A DNA stretch of 64,000 nucleotides from contig JBCCQQ010000003.1 in the NCBI GenBank assembly GCA_039024555.1, positions 1 to 64,000 on the forward strand, written 5' to 3'. The stretch comes from Cyanobacteria bacterium P01_D01_bin.156 (lineage in GTDB: Bacteria > Cyanobacteriota > Cyanobacteriia > Phormidesmidales > Phormidesmidaceae). The notes beneath the pieces are model-generated. The model was not told where the DNA came from. It saw nothing but the letters and a program-made list of their open reading frames with translations, and did no database searches. A program made the translations under genes and the position numbers. Below are positions 20,858-28,674 of this stretch, piece after piece (positions within the stretch are counted from its first letter, which is position 1; each line of letters begins with the position of its first letter).

Positions 20858-20971
20858 TGACTAAACCCTATCGGACAGAATCACAAGGATATATAAATAT
20901 CTATGATATCCACGCTGATTTCATCTCTGTAAGCGGGATTCACAATTCGTTGTTTGATATGCAGATTATCT

Positions 20972-21415
20972 ATGGCTGACCGCTGGTTTGACTATGATTT
21001 TCGAGTACAGCCACATCACACCGACTATAGCGGTGTTGTGTGGCATGGCAATTATATTCAATGGATGGAAACAGCGCGGGTAGAATGCCTGAGAAACGCA
21101 AGCTTTGCATTTGAAGACTTTGTTGCTGCAGGCTATGACCTACCTGTTGTAGACCTGCAAATGCGCTACCATCAGGCGCTAAGGTTAGGTGCACAAGGCC
21201 GAGTCAGAACTCGGTTAGTGACCCATGGTGTCAAATTAACCTGGGTATACCAGATTTACGACACAACAGAGGATGCGGAAAAACTTTGTGTGACTGGACA
21301 AGTTTTACTCGTACCGATTGACATGGCTAAACGTAAAATCGTGCGCTGCCTTCCGCCCAAATTACAGTCGATGTTGAGCTCCTTACAACACTACTTCGAA
21401 CTGCAAAAAAGTTAG
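20972..21415 (+). CDS. Acyl-CoA thioesterase (4HBT/YbgC-like)
   Basis: VQPHHTDYSGVVWHGNYIQWMETARVE. Confidence 0.9.
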   Translation: MADRWFDYDFRVQPHHTDYSGVVWHGNYIQWMETARVECLRNASFAFEDFVAAGYDLPVVDLQMRYHQALRLGAQGRVRTRLVTHGVKLTWVYQIYDTTEDAEKLCVTGQVLLVPIDMAKRKIVRCLPPKLQSMLSSLQHYFELQKS

Positions 21416-21422
21416 TGCAGGT

Positions 21423-21917
21423 CTACAGTGACTCATCAATAGCGAGTTGATGTAAGGCTTGACCAGTCACCCTGCATGTTCGCCAATCATTGAGCATCAC
21501 GGCTCCTTTGGACATGTAGAAATCGATAGCCGGTTGGTTCCAGTCCAAAACGCTCCATTCAAAGCGACCACACCCCTGTGCTAGGGCAACTTGTGCCAGG
21601 TATTGAAAAATAGCCGTGCCCACCCCTCGCCGTCGATAACCGGGCAACACAAACAAATCCTCTAAGTAAATGCCGGGTTTCATTAAAAATGTGGAGAAGT
21701 TGAAGAAGTATAGAGCAAAGCCAGCCGGTGCTCCATCGATGCGGGCAACAATGGCATAGGCTTTAGGGTTTTGGCCAAAAAGATACTGTTCTAAATCCTC
21801 AGGTGCACCAGTCACCTCATGGGCCAAGTTTTCATATTCGGCTAAAGCCATCACTAACTCAAAGAGCAGAGGGACATCATCACAGGTAGCGGGACTAATG
21901 GAAATGGGAACTGCCAT
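21423..21917 (-). CDS. GNAT N-acetyltransferase (SSAT/diamine acetyltransferase-like)
   Basis: FSTFLMKPGIYLEDLFV, RRRGVG and EWSVLDWNQPAIDFY. Confidence 0.92.
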   Translation of the reverse strand: MAVPISISPATCDDVPLLFELVMALAEYENLAHEVTGAPEDLEQYLFGQNPKAYAIVARIDGAPAGFALYFFNFSTFLMKPGIYLEDLFVLPGYRRRGVGTAIFQYLAQVALAQGCGRFEWSVLDWNQPAIDFYMSKGAVMLNDWRTCRVTGQALHQLAIDESL

Positions 21918-21933
21918 TGGGCGATGGGAAAGG

Positions 21934-22338
21934 CTAAACGCGATTAGATACCGGTGCTGAAGCTAAACGACTCGTGACATGGCCGACAATTTGCTCCCTT
22001 GCAAAGACACCAAAATGGCGACTATCGCGAGCACTGGGTTCCTTTGCATTATCACTGATTAGGTAAACACCTCCATCAAAGAAGGTTTCTTGTACCCGCT
22101 TAATTATGAGAGTATCGGGCTTTGCTGGGTGAACTGCGATCGCAATATCCCCCACCTTTACAGGCGCCCCCATGGCCACTAAAACCGTATCCCCTGGCAT
22201 CAAGGTCGGCAGCATCGATACATCCCGAACAATGATGCGTCGCCGTCGCCGCCTCAACCATTGGATGTATTCCCCTACATCCGCCCGTGATATTGGCAGC
22301 TGTTGAAGCTGACAAATCGGATCATTCCCCATACCCAT
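21934..22338 (-). CDS. sodX: Nickel-type superoxide dismutase maturation protease
   Basis: S26-type SMLPTL..GD, IIKR and DSRHFG motifs; adjacent to sodN; start placed downstream of the intergenic hairpin (ATG 22338 or 22332). Confidence 0.88.
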   Translation of the reverse strand: MGMGNDPICQLQQLPISRADVGEYIQWLRRRRRRIIVRDVSMLPTLMPGDTVLVAMGAPVKVGDIAIAVHPAKPDTLIIKRVQETFFDGGVYLISDNAKEPSARDSRHFGVFAREQIVGHVTSRLASAPVSNRV

Positions 22339-22352
22339 TTCCCCGAACCAAT

Positions 22353-22386
22353 AAAAATCCCGCAAAGTCATCAACTCGCGGGATTT
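22353..22386 (-). terminator. Terminator-like hairpin between sodN and sodX
   Basis: Minus strand reads AAATCCCGCGAGT-tgatg-ACTTTGCGGGATTTtt. Confidence 0.7.
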
Positions 22387-22421
22387 CACAGAGATGAAGC
22401 TAGATTATTAGCTATCAACTA

Positions 22422-22889
22422 CTAGCTAGCGGTGTACCAAGCCACATCACGTCCCTTAGTAGCCCAGAAAATAGTATGAATCTTCTCAACAGCAGCCATA
22501 AGCTCTTCAGCATGTTGCTGACTAACCTCAACCTTACAAGCAGAGCAAAGCTTAGCCGCTTTCCAGAACGTATCGTGTAGATCAGGGTAAGAATCTAAAT
22601 GCACAGGCTTAAAATAATCAGTCCAAAGAATCAACAGGTCATCCTTGGTCTTTTGAGCCTGCTCCTCTTTAACCGCAATGTAGCGAGACAAGGTGTTTGC
22701 ATAAGCTAACTTGCCAGCTGCATCTGCGGGCTCCTCAAGAGCCAAAATTTTCTTGGTCATCGACAACACCGCTTCAGCAGTGATACGAGCGGCAGAGGGA
22801 TCATAAACACCACAAGGACCATCGCAGTGAGCATGGGCCTCTGCGGGAGGGAGCCAAGCATTTAGTAAGGCAATTGCGTTGTTGAGCAT
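22422..22889 (-). CDS. sodN: Nickel superoxide dismutase precursor
   Basis: Ni-hook HCDGPCGVYDP after a propeptide; start at MLNNAIA. Confidence 0.97.
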   Translation of the reverse strand: MLNNAIALLNAWLPPAEAHAHCDGPCGVYDPSAARITAEAVLSMTKKILALEEPADAAGKLAYANTLSRYIAVKEEQAQKTKDDLLILWTDYFKPVHLDSYPDLHDTFWKAAKLCSACKVEVSQQHAEELMAAVEKIHTIFWATKGRDVAWYTAS

Positions 22890-22990
22890 AGTCACCAATC
22901 GGTTAAACAAGTTGATGGGTTTTCCACTAGAAAATTTGCTGGAAGATCGTTTGGTGATGTTATCCAGCAACATTATCCAGCGCAGTTAAC

Positions 22991-23027
22991 AGTATACTGC
23001 CGTTTCATCATCCCTCTGTGGGGGATA
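22991..23027 (-). promoter_or_regulatory. Putative sodN promoter (TATACT -10) with a C/G-tract palindrome over the -35 region
   Basis: TATACT at 22996-22991 on the minus strand; ATCCCTC-TGT-GGGGGAT at 23010-23026. Confidence 0.5.
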
Positions 23028-23111
23028 CCAAAGGATGTATTTTGTAATATTTCTAATATTCTTGTACTAATGCTGCAGTACACTCAGGTCTGAGTAATCT
23101 TCATTGCCGAT

Positions 23112-24137
23112 ATGACCTTGAAGCAGAAGCTTTTGAAGAACCGATGGAATTGTCTCCATAAATCAGTTGTATGCAGTATTCTACTGTTCAATTTAACCAG
23201 CTGTGATCGCCTAAGCAACCCAATCAATCCCAACGCCCATTTGCCTCCTTGTGTTGAACAAAATTGTAACTGCGGTGATTTCATCAGCCAGGAGCTAGCC
23301 CAGCTGGTACTCAGCGAATTTCCAGGCGATCCCTTTAACTTAGATGGCGATAGCAATGGCAAGGCCTGTGAGCAACTCCCTGCCAACACACCAGCACTAA
23401 ACTGGGAAACTTATTTTTCTAATAGCCCCCATATTGCCTTAGGGAACCCCAGCCACGCTGGCCAAGACAACATTGACAATTACCTTATTGACCGTGAGCA
23501 ATATGTTCTAGCCTACAGTCAGAGCCATGGTGTTCTGAGGTGGGCCAGTTGGATTCTCACACCAGACTGGCTAGGTAGCGTAGAACGGCAGAATGATTTT
23601 CGTCCAGATGGCATTTTGCCCAAGGGAACGTATCAGGTAACACCAAGGGACTACACCAGAAGCGGCTTTGACCGAGGACACATGGTTCCTTCAGCCGATC
23701 GCACTGCCAGCGAGAAGGATAATTCAGCCACGTTTTTAATGACGAATATCTTTCCTCAAACAGCTGAGAATAATCGTGGTCCCTGGCGAGAGTTCGAAAA
23801 CTATTGCCGAGATCTAATATTTGACGAAGGTAAAAATCTCTACATTATTGGTGGTGTGTATGGCCAACAACGCCCTATTGCTAAAGAGCGAGTTATTCCA
23901 CCGAGTCGCACCTGGAAAGTTGTTGTCATTTTTGATGAGGAACCAACCATCGAAAATGTCACTTACAGTACCCAAGTGATCGCTATAGACATGCCCAATA
24001 GCAAACAATTAGATGACCAGTGGCAACAGTATCAAACATCGATCAACCGTATTGAGCTAGCAACGGGTTATGACTTGCTGTCCAACGTTCCAGAAACTGT
24101 ACAGAATGAATTGGAAGCACGACTCAGTCAATATTGA
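23112..24137 (+). CDS. nucA: Sugar-non-specific endonuclease NucA with N-terminal lipobox and Excalibur-like Ca-binding domain
   Basis: LTSC lipobox; CNCGDF...DPFNLDGDSNGKACE; FDRGHMVPSADR and TFLMTNIFPQ catalytic motifs. Confidence 0.93.
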   Translation: MTLKQKLLKNRWNCLHKSVVCSILLFNLTSCDRLSNPINPNAHLPPCVEQNCNCGDFISQELAQLVLSEFPGDPFNLDGDSNGKACEQLPANTPALNWETYFSNSPHIALGNPSHAGQDNIDNYLIDREQYVLAYSQSHGVLRWASWILTPDWLGSVERQNDFRPDGILPKGTYQVTPRDYTRSGFDRGHMVPSADRTASEKDNSATFLMTNIFPQTAENNRGPWREFENYCRDLIFDEGKNLYIIGGVYGQQRPIAKERVIPPSRTWKVVVIFDEEPTIENVTYSTQVIAIDMPNSKQLDDQWQQYQTSINRIELATGYDLLSNVPETVQNELEARLSQY

Positions 24138-24192
24138 TTACTGGGAAAACCTCAGGCATCCAAACAAACATGAAACACGATCGCAGTGAAAG

Positions 24193-24591
24193 CTAGGTTT
24201 CGACTATTTTTGTTTTGACCCCGATGACCTGATTGTCCTCAGTTGTGCCTAGCAAATATACATCGATTTCTACACTCCCAATACGATACACTCGAGGACA
24301 CGCCAGGGTTGTTTCTAATAGATCGCGTAAGTTTCGATACCGCTGAACCAGATCGATTTCACGGGAGTCAAACCAAGCTCGTTCGACGATTGATTGTCCA
24401 AAAAAATCATCCAGACTAACAATGCGAACTGAAGTATCAGCTGGATAGGCCTTCAGGAGTTGATCGATGAGAGCAGGCTGGTGCTGAGATGACAGCACGA
24501 TTACTTCAAATGGATAGTCAGCCTCGCTGCGCCATAGTAGTTTGTCACAAGCAGCTTCCAGCTCAGGGACGAGATCTTGAGTGGTGGGCAT
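24193..24591 (-). CDS. nuiA: Nuclease A inhibitor NuiA
   Basis: LLWRSEADYPF, VYRIGSVEIDVYLLG and C-terminal KTKIVET; convergent with nucA as in Anabaena. Confidence 0.92.
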   Translation of the reverse strand: MPTTQDLVPELEAACDKLLWRSEADYPFEVIVLSSQHQPALIDQLLKAYPADTSVRIVSLDDFFGQSIVERAWFDSREIDLVQRYRNLRDLLETTLACPRVYRIGSVEIDVYLLGTTEDNQVIGVKTKIVET

Positions 24592-24631
24592 AGCAGACTT
24601 GAACAGAAAGATAAAACTACTCTAAAAAACG

Positions 24632-24673
24632 CTGAATCTTTGTATGGTTACCATGAACCATACAAAGATTCAG
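24632..24673 (-). terminator. 18-bp perfect inverted repeat, probable terminator of the dienelactone hydrolase gene
   Basis: CTGAATCTTTGTATGGTT-accatg-AACCATACAAAGATTCAG, followed on the minus strand by cgtttttt. Confidence 0.75.
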
Positions 24674-24787
24674 GAAAGTAACAATAACCGGCATTACGAC
24701 TCTTCAGGATGATGGCCATTTTCAAATACCGTATCTTGCAAATAGCCAGGTTAGACCGTTTGATAGCATCCATTCCATAGCAAGACA

Positions 24788-25669
24788 TTAGCTATGATTC
24801 TGCAAGTGCGTTTTTAGAAAAGCAATTGTCCTTTCCCAAGATAGCTCTGCAGACTCGGCGTTATATCGAGTGCCAGATGGGTTCGCAAATGCATGATTAG
24901 CACCTTCATAGATATAAATTTCAGCCTCTTTACCAAGATCATCCAGCACGGCCTCAAACATGCGGACAGTGTCGGGAGAGGGATTGGTATCCAAAGACCC
25001 AAAATGTCCCTGAATTGGCATTTGTAACGGTTCTAATATTGCCGATTCCGTGGAAATTTGCCCCCCATAGTAAATCACGGCTGCATCCAAATCCGTAGGC
25101 AGGGCAAGAGCCGTATTTAAGGACCACGATCCCCCAAAACACCAACCAATACTGCCAACTTTAGGTGTCTGTTGCTCATTGACCAAATAGTTATATGCAG
25201 CAACAACATTTTGCGTTAACCGTTCAGAATTCTGAATGGCTGTCTGGACCAAAGTTTTTGCATCATCTCTGTTGTCTGCGACAGCACCATCGTAAAGATC
25301 AACAGCCAATGCTGTATACCCTTCTGCTGCAAGACGACGGGTCATGGTGCGAATATTATCGTTTAATCCCCACCATTCTTGAATGACAATTAGGCCAGGT
25401 AAAGGCTCAGCAACGTCTGCAGGCTTAGCTAAATAACCAGAAAAGGGAACATTTTCCAAGGTGCCATAGGTTACATTCTCAGTCGTCACGGTACCAGCTT
25501 CAACATCTTTAGCTGCCGGAGATGCAATGGGTACATCATCCTTATGAAGCTGTGCCATGGCAGCAGACTGGTTTGGGGCTGATGTTTGGCCGGAAGAAGA
25601 TGGGTTAATGAAGGTACAGCTAATGGCTATCAAAGCTGTAATGAAAGCAAGCCCTAACAGTTTGCGCAT
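24788..25669 (-). CDS. Dienelactone hydrolase family protein (exported/lipoprotein)
   Basis: QEWWGLN, GWCFGG nucleophile and ANHAFAN; N-terminal signal with ISC. Confidence 0.92.
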   Translation of the reverse strand: MRKLLGLAFITALIAISCTFINPSSSGQTSAPNQSAAMAQLHKDDVPIASPAAKDVEAGTVTTENVTYGTLENVPFSGYLAKPADVAEPLPGLIVIQEWWGLNDNIRTMTRRLAAEGYTALAVDLYDGAVADNRDDAKTLVQTAIQNSERLTQNVVAAYNYLVNEQQTPKVGSIGWCFGGSWSLNTALALPTDLDAAVIYYGGQISTESAILEPLQMPIQGHFGSLDTNPSPDTVRMFEAVLDDLGKEAEIYIYEGANHAFANPSGTRYNAESAELSWERTIAFLKTHLQNHS

Positions 25670-25905
25670 TGTTCGATCCGGTATGGCAGCGCTTCAAGGA
25701 TAGTTGATTTTGCTGAAGAGGAGCTGAGAAATCGGAGTTTGGGTGATCTGGTCAACAACATCAGCGCTGCTCAAACGCCTTAATAGAGTAGACCCTGCAT
25801 AGACCTGGTAATTCCGTGAGCGCAAAGATGTATCAGGTTTTGCCAATCAGTAATTGAAGTTACCTCCAAGGCTAAACAACCTTGCGCAAAACAGAGACAC
25901 CCACG

Positions 25906-26817
25906 CTAAGCAGGTATCGCCACCGCATCTAACAGCTGGTGAATGATAGGACCACTCTTATGACCGCCACTGGCAATGACACGATGGGCTAAAACCATCG
26001 AGGCCAGAGACTTAACATCGTCAGGAAGAGCATAGCCTCGGCCTTCTAAAAAGGCTAGCGCTTGCACCGCTCGATAGAGGGCAACTGTCCCCCTAGGACT
26101 CACCCCCAGAGCCACGTCATCATGATCACGGGTAGCTCTGACCAAGTTGATCATATATTGCTGTACTGAGCTATCTACTTTCACCTGCTGGCACTGGTGC
26201 TGTAGATTTTGCATCTCTTGTAGCGTGATACAGGGCTGTAAGTCAGCGGGTTTAATCCCCTGGGTGAGGTTGTGAAGCATCTTAAGTTCCTCATCAGCGC
26301 TGGGATAGCCTAGGCTCAGCGATAAGGCAAAGCGATCCATCTGGGCTTCAGGTAAGGGAAAAGTGCCCTGATACTCCACAGGGTTTTGGGTCGCAATTAC
26401 AAAAAATGGATCAGGGACGGGACGGGAAACACCGTCGAGGGTAACCTGATGCTCTTCCATCACTTCTAATAGCGCTGACTGGGTACGAGGAGTTGCACGA
26501 TTAATTTCATCAGTAAGCAGAATATTGGCAAAAACAGGACCGGGCATAAACTGAAATGTACCGCTGCTGGGATTCCAGATGTTAGTCCCCGTAACATCGC
26601 TAGGCAGCAGGTCAGGCGTACACTGTACGCGCTGAAATTTTCCATCTATGCAGCGAGCCAAGGACTTGGCTAGCAGCGTCTTACCAACACCCGGCACATC
26701 CTCAAGTAAAACATGACCACCAGACAGCAGCGCCACCAGCACCAGTCGGATAGGGTCTTCTTTTCCGACAATCGTTTTATTGAGGTTCTGAACGATTTGA
26801 TCAATGCGATCGCGCAT
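25906..26817 (-). CDS. MoxR family AAA+ ATPase
   Basis: EDVPGVGKT, DEINRA and ATQNPVEYQGTFPLPEAQMDRF. Confidence 0.96.
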   Translation of the reverse strand: MRDRIDQIVQNLNKTIVGKEDPIRLVLVALLSGGHVLLEDVPGVGKTLLAKSLARCIDGKFQRVQCTPDLLPSDVTGTNIWNPSSGTFQFMPGPVFANILLTDEINRATPRTQSALLEVMEEHQVTLDGVSRPVPDPFFVIATQNPVEYQGTFPLPEAQMDRFALSLSLGYPSADEELKMLHNLTQGIKPADLQPCITLQEMQNLQHQCQQVKVDSSVQQYMINLVRATRDHDDVALGVSPRGTVALYRAVQALAFLEGRGYALPDDVKSLASMVLAHRVIASGGHKSGPIIHQLLDAVAIPA

Positions 26818-27110
26818 AGTTGCCCTTAGGTGAACTGCCTACAGCTTACCCACAGAGTTCAAGATTGTGGAATGACACAACTCACAGGCAAGTGCTGAAA
26901 CGTTTTCAAGGCAACATCCCCTTATCAACTCTACGGAAGGCAACTATGTAGTCTTCTGCCTACAATAAAAATGTACTGGCGTGGCTATCCCTCAAGCGAT
27001 CTTTATGCTTAAGGTCCTGCCATACAGAAATTGCTATTCAAGGACTTTCATCCTAAACAGTAGCAACCAACCATGCATTAGGTCGAAGTGCACACTCAAG
27101 GAGTCCTACC

Positions 27111-27683
27111 ATGGCTATTGAATTTCAATTTCATCCTGAAAAAGCAGTACAAGCTGCTGCATTTTTACTGAAACAGCATGGTGAACCTATGAAATACCTG
27201 GGTTTGCTAAAAATGCTCTACATCGCTGATCGGGTTGCTTTAGCACAAATGGAACAGCCAATCACAGGCGATCGCTATGTATCTATGGACTATGGCCCAG
27301 TCCTCAGTGGTATATATGACTTGATTAAGGGCTTACCGGTAGAAAATGCACTGCCTACATGGTCACGATTTATCTCTCCACGGGAAGAGAATCTTGTTTC
27401 TCTCCTGGGTGACCCAGGCGATGGTGATCTTTGTGAAGAAGAAGAAGAGATTCTCCATCAGGTATACGGCACCTTTGGTCATCTAGACCCATTTGAAGTA
27501 GCAGAATGGACCCACGATTTGCCAGAATGGCAAGATCCTCAAGGCTCCGCCATTCCCATTGTGGTGGAAGAAATCTTAAAAAATCTAGGCAAGAGTGACG
27601 CCGAAATTGTGCGGATTCAAGAAGATGCCATGCGAGAGGCATACCTCGACGAGGTATTACGCACTGAGGTGGTGGATGGCTAG
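27111..27683 (+). CDS. Panacea-domain (DUF4065/SocA/GepA-like) antitoxin
   Basis: LLKMLYIAD, YVSMDYGPV and EWTHDLPEW motifs; strong AAGGAG RBS; acidic. Confidence 0.88.
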   Translation: MAIEFQFHPEKAVQAAAFLLKQHGEPMKYLGLLKMLYIADRVALAQMEQPITGDRYVSMDYGPVLSGIYDLIKGLPVENALPTWSRFISPREENLVSLLGDPGDGDLCEEEEEILHQVYGTFGHLDPFEVAEWTHDLPEWQDPQGSAIPIVVEEILKNLGKSDAEIVRIQEDAMREAYLDEVLRTEVVDG

Positions 27684-28071
27684 TGTTTCCATTCGTCTTG
27701 GCGATGCGTTTTTGATTAAAACTCCGCCCAAAGGCAAACATCTGTATATTGCCATTGCAAAAACATCTAAAACTCGGTATCTCTTTGTTAGCGTCAACAG
27801 CCGTCAACCACAATCCGAAACCGTTTGCATTCTAAACCCCGGCCCCGATGTTCCAGGTTTTATTGTGCACGAATCGGTTATCAACTATCGATTTGCCCGT
27901 GAGTTAAATGCTAATGACCTAGTCAAACTGATGCCTGCAGGCAATCGAACTGTGAGAGGACAGTGTTCACAAAGCGTTCTCACAAAAATTCAGGCAGGTG
28001 GGCTGGCATCCAAACGACTCAAAAATCGCTACAAATATGCCCTCAAAGATTTTATGGAACCCATCCGATAA
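27676..28071 (+). CDS. Putative toxin with MazF/PemK-like pattern, 131 aa
   Basis: ATG overlaps the antitoxin 3' end by 8 nt (GAGGTGG RBS); basic; LGDAF..P...HL....VSVNS...CIL...HESVINY pattern. Confidence 0.7.
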   Translation: MASVSIRLGDAFLIKTPPKGKHLYIAIAKTSKTRYLFVSVNSRQPQSETVCILNPGPDVPGFIVHESVINYRFARELNANDLVKLMPAGNRTVRGQCSQSVLTKIQAGGLASKRLKNRYKYALKDFMEPIR

Positions 28072-28087
28072 AACTAAAATAGTTTTG

Positions 28088-28178
28088 GCCGTTGCTGATT
28101 CTCAGAATGATTTTAGCTATCCAATCCAGGCAACTGATATGTTCTACAGATTGTTTCATCCCCTAAATCAGCAACAGC
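28088..28178. mobile_element. 91-bp MITE-like element, copy 1
   Basis: Terminal inverted repeats GCCGTTGCTGATT / AATCAGCAACAGC; flanks TAGTTTTG / TAGTCTTG; ungapped similarity to 63668-63758. Confidence 0.8.
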
Positions 28179-28259
28179 TAGTCTTGTAGTAACAGCTTGA
28201 GTGAATGAGCCGAGAGCTAATAGCGCCTGCCGAACATAGAACAGGAAAGATATTGAATT

Positions 28260-28625
28260 ATGATTCAGCGTACTCTTTACGTAATCGCCGTTCCAAATCT
28301 TGCAAAATCAGCTGAGTTCTATCGTGATGTGCTCGGTTTCGCCATTGAAGATGTGGGCGATCCTGGCTGGCGCATGTATCTTCGGGATAGCTGTCGGATC
28401 ATGGCAGGAGAATGCCCTGATGCAATTCCCCCTCAAGATTTAGGAGACCACTCCTATTTTGCTTATTTTGTTGTTGATGACGTGGATGCTGAATATAAGA
28501 AAATCACAGCTTATGCTGCAGAAATCATCAAACCCCTACGGGATGAGCCATGGGGCATGAGGGAATTTGGCCTACGCACCGTTGACGGTCACCGCATCCT
28601 GATTGGCAAAGATTTAGATGGATGA
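28260..28625 (+). CDS. VOC (glyoxalase/bleomycin resistance) family protein
   Basis: SAEFYRDVLGF, YFVVDDVD and DEPWGMREFGLRTVDGHRI. Confidence 0.92.
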   Translation: MIQRTLYVIAVPNLAKSAEFYRDVLGFAIEDVGDPGWRMYLRDSCRIMAGECPDAIPPQDLGDHSYFAYFVVDDVDAEYKKITAYAAEIIKPLRDEPWGMREFGLRTVDGHRILIGKDLDG

Positions 28626-28674
28626 GAAAGTCATCAACGGTTTCCTAGAAAGCAGAAAAATTTCACATTTTCAA

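Noticed and set aside
27595..27675. GTG-started N-terminal extension of the toxin ORF
   Set aside because: The ATG at 27676 has an RBS and the typical short TA overlap
27370..27813. 147-aa antisense ORF across the TA pair
   Set aside because: Shadow of two well-supported plus-strand genes; no motifs
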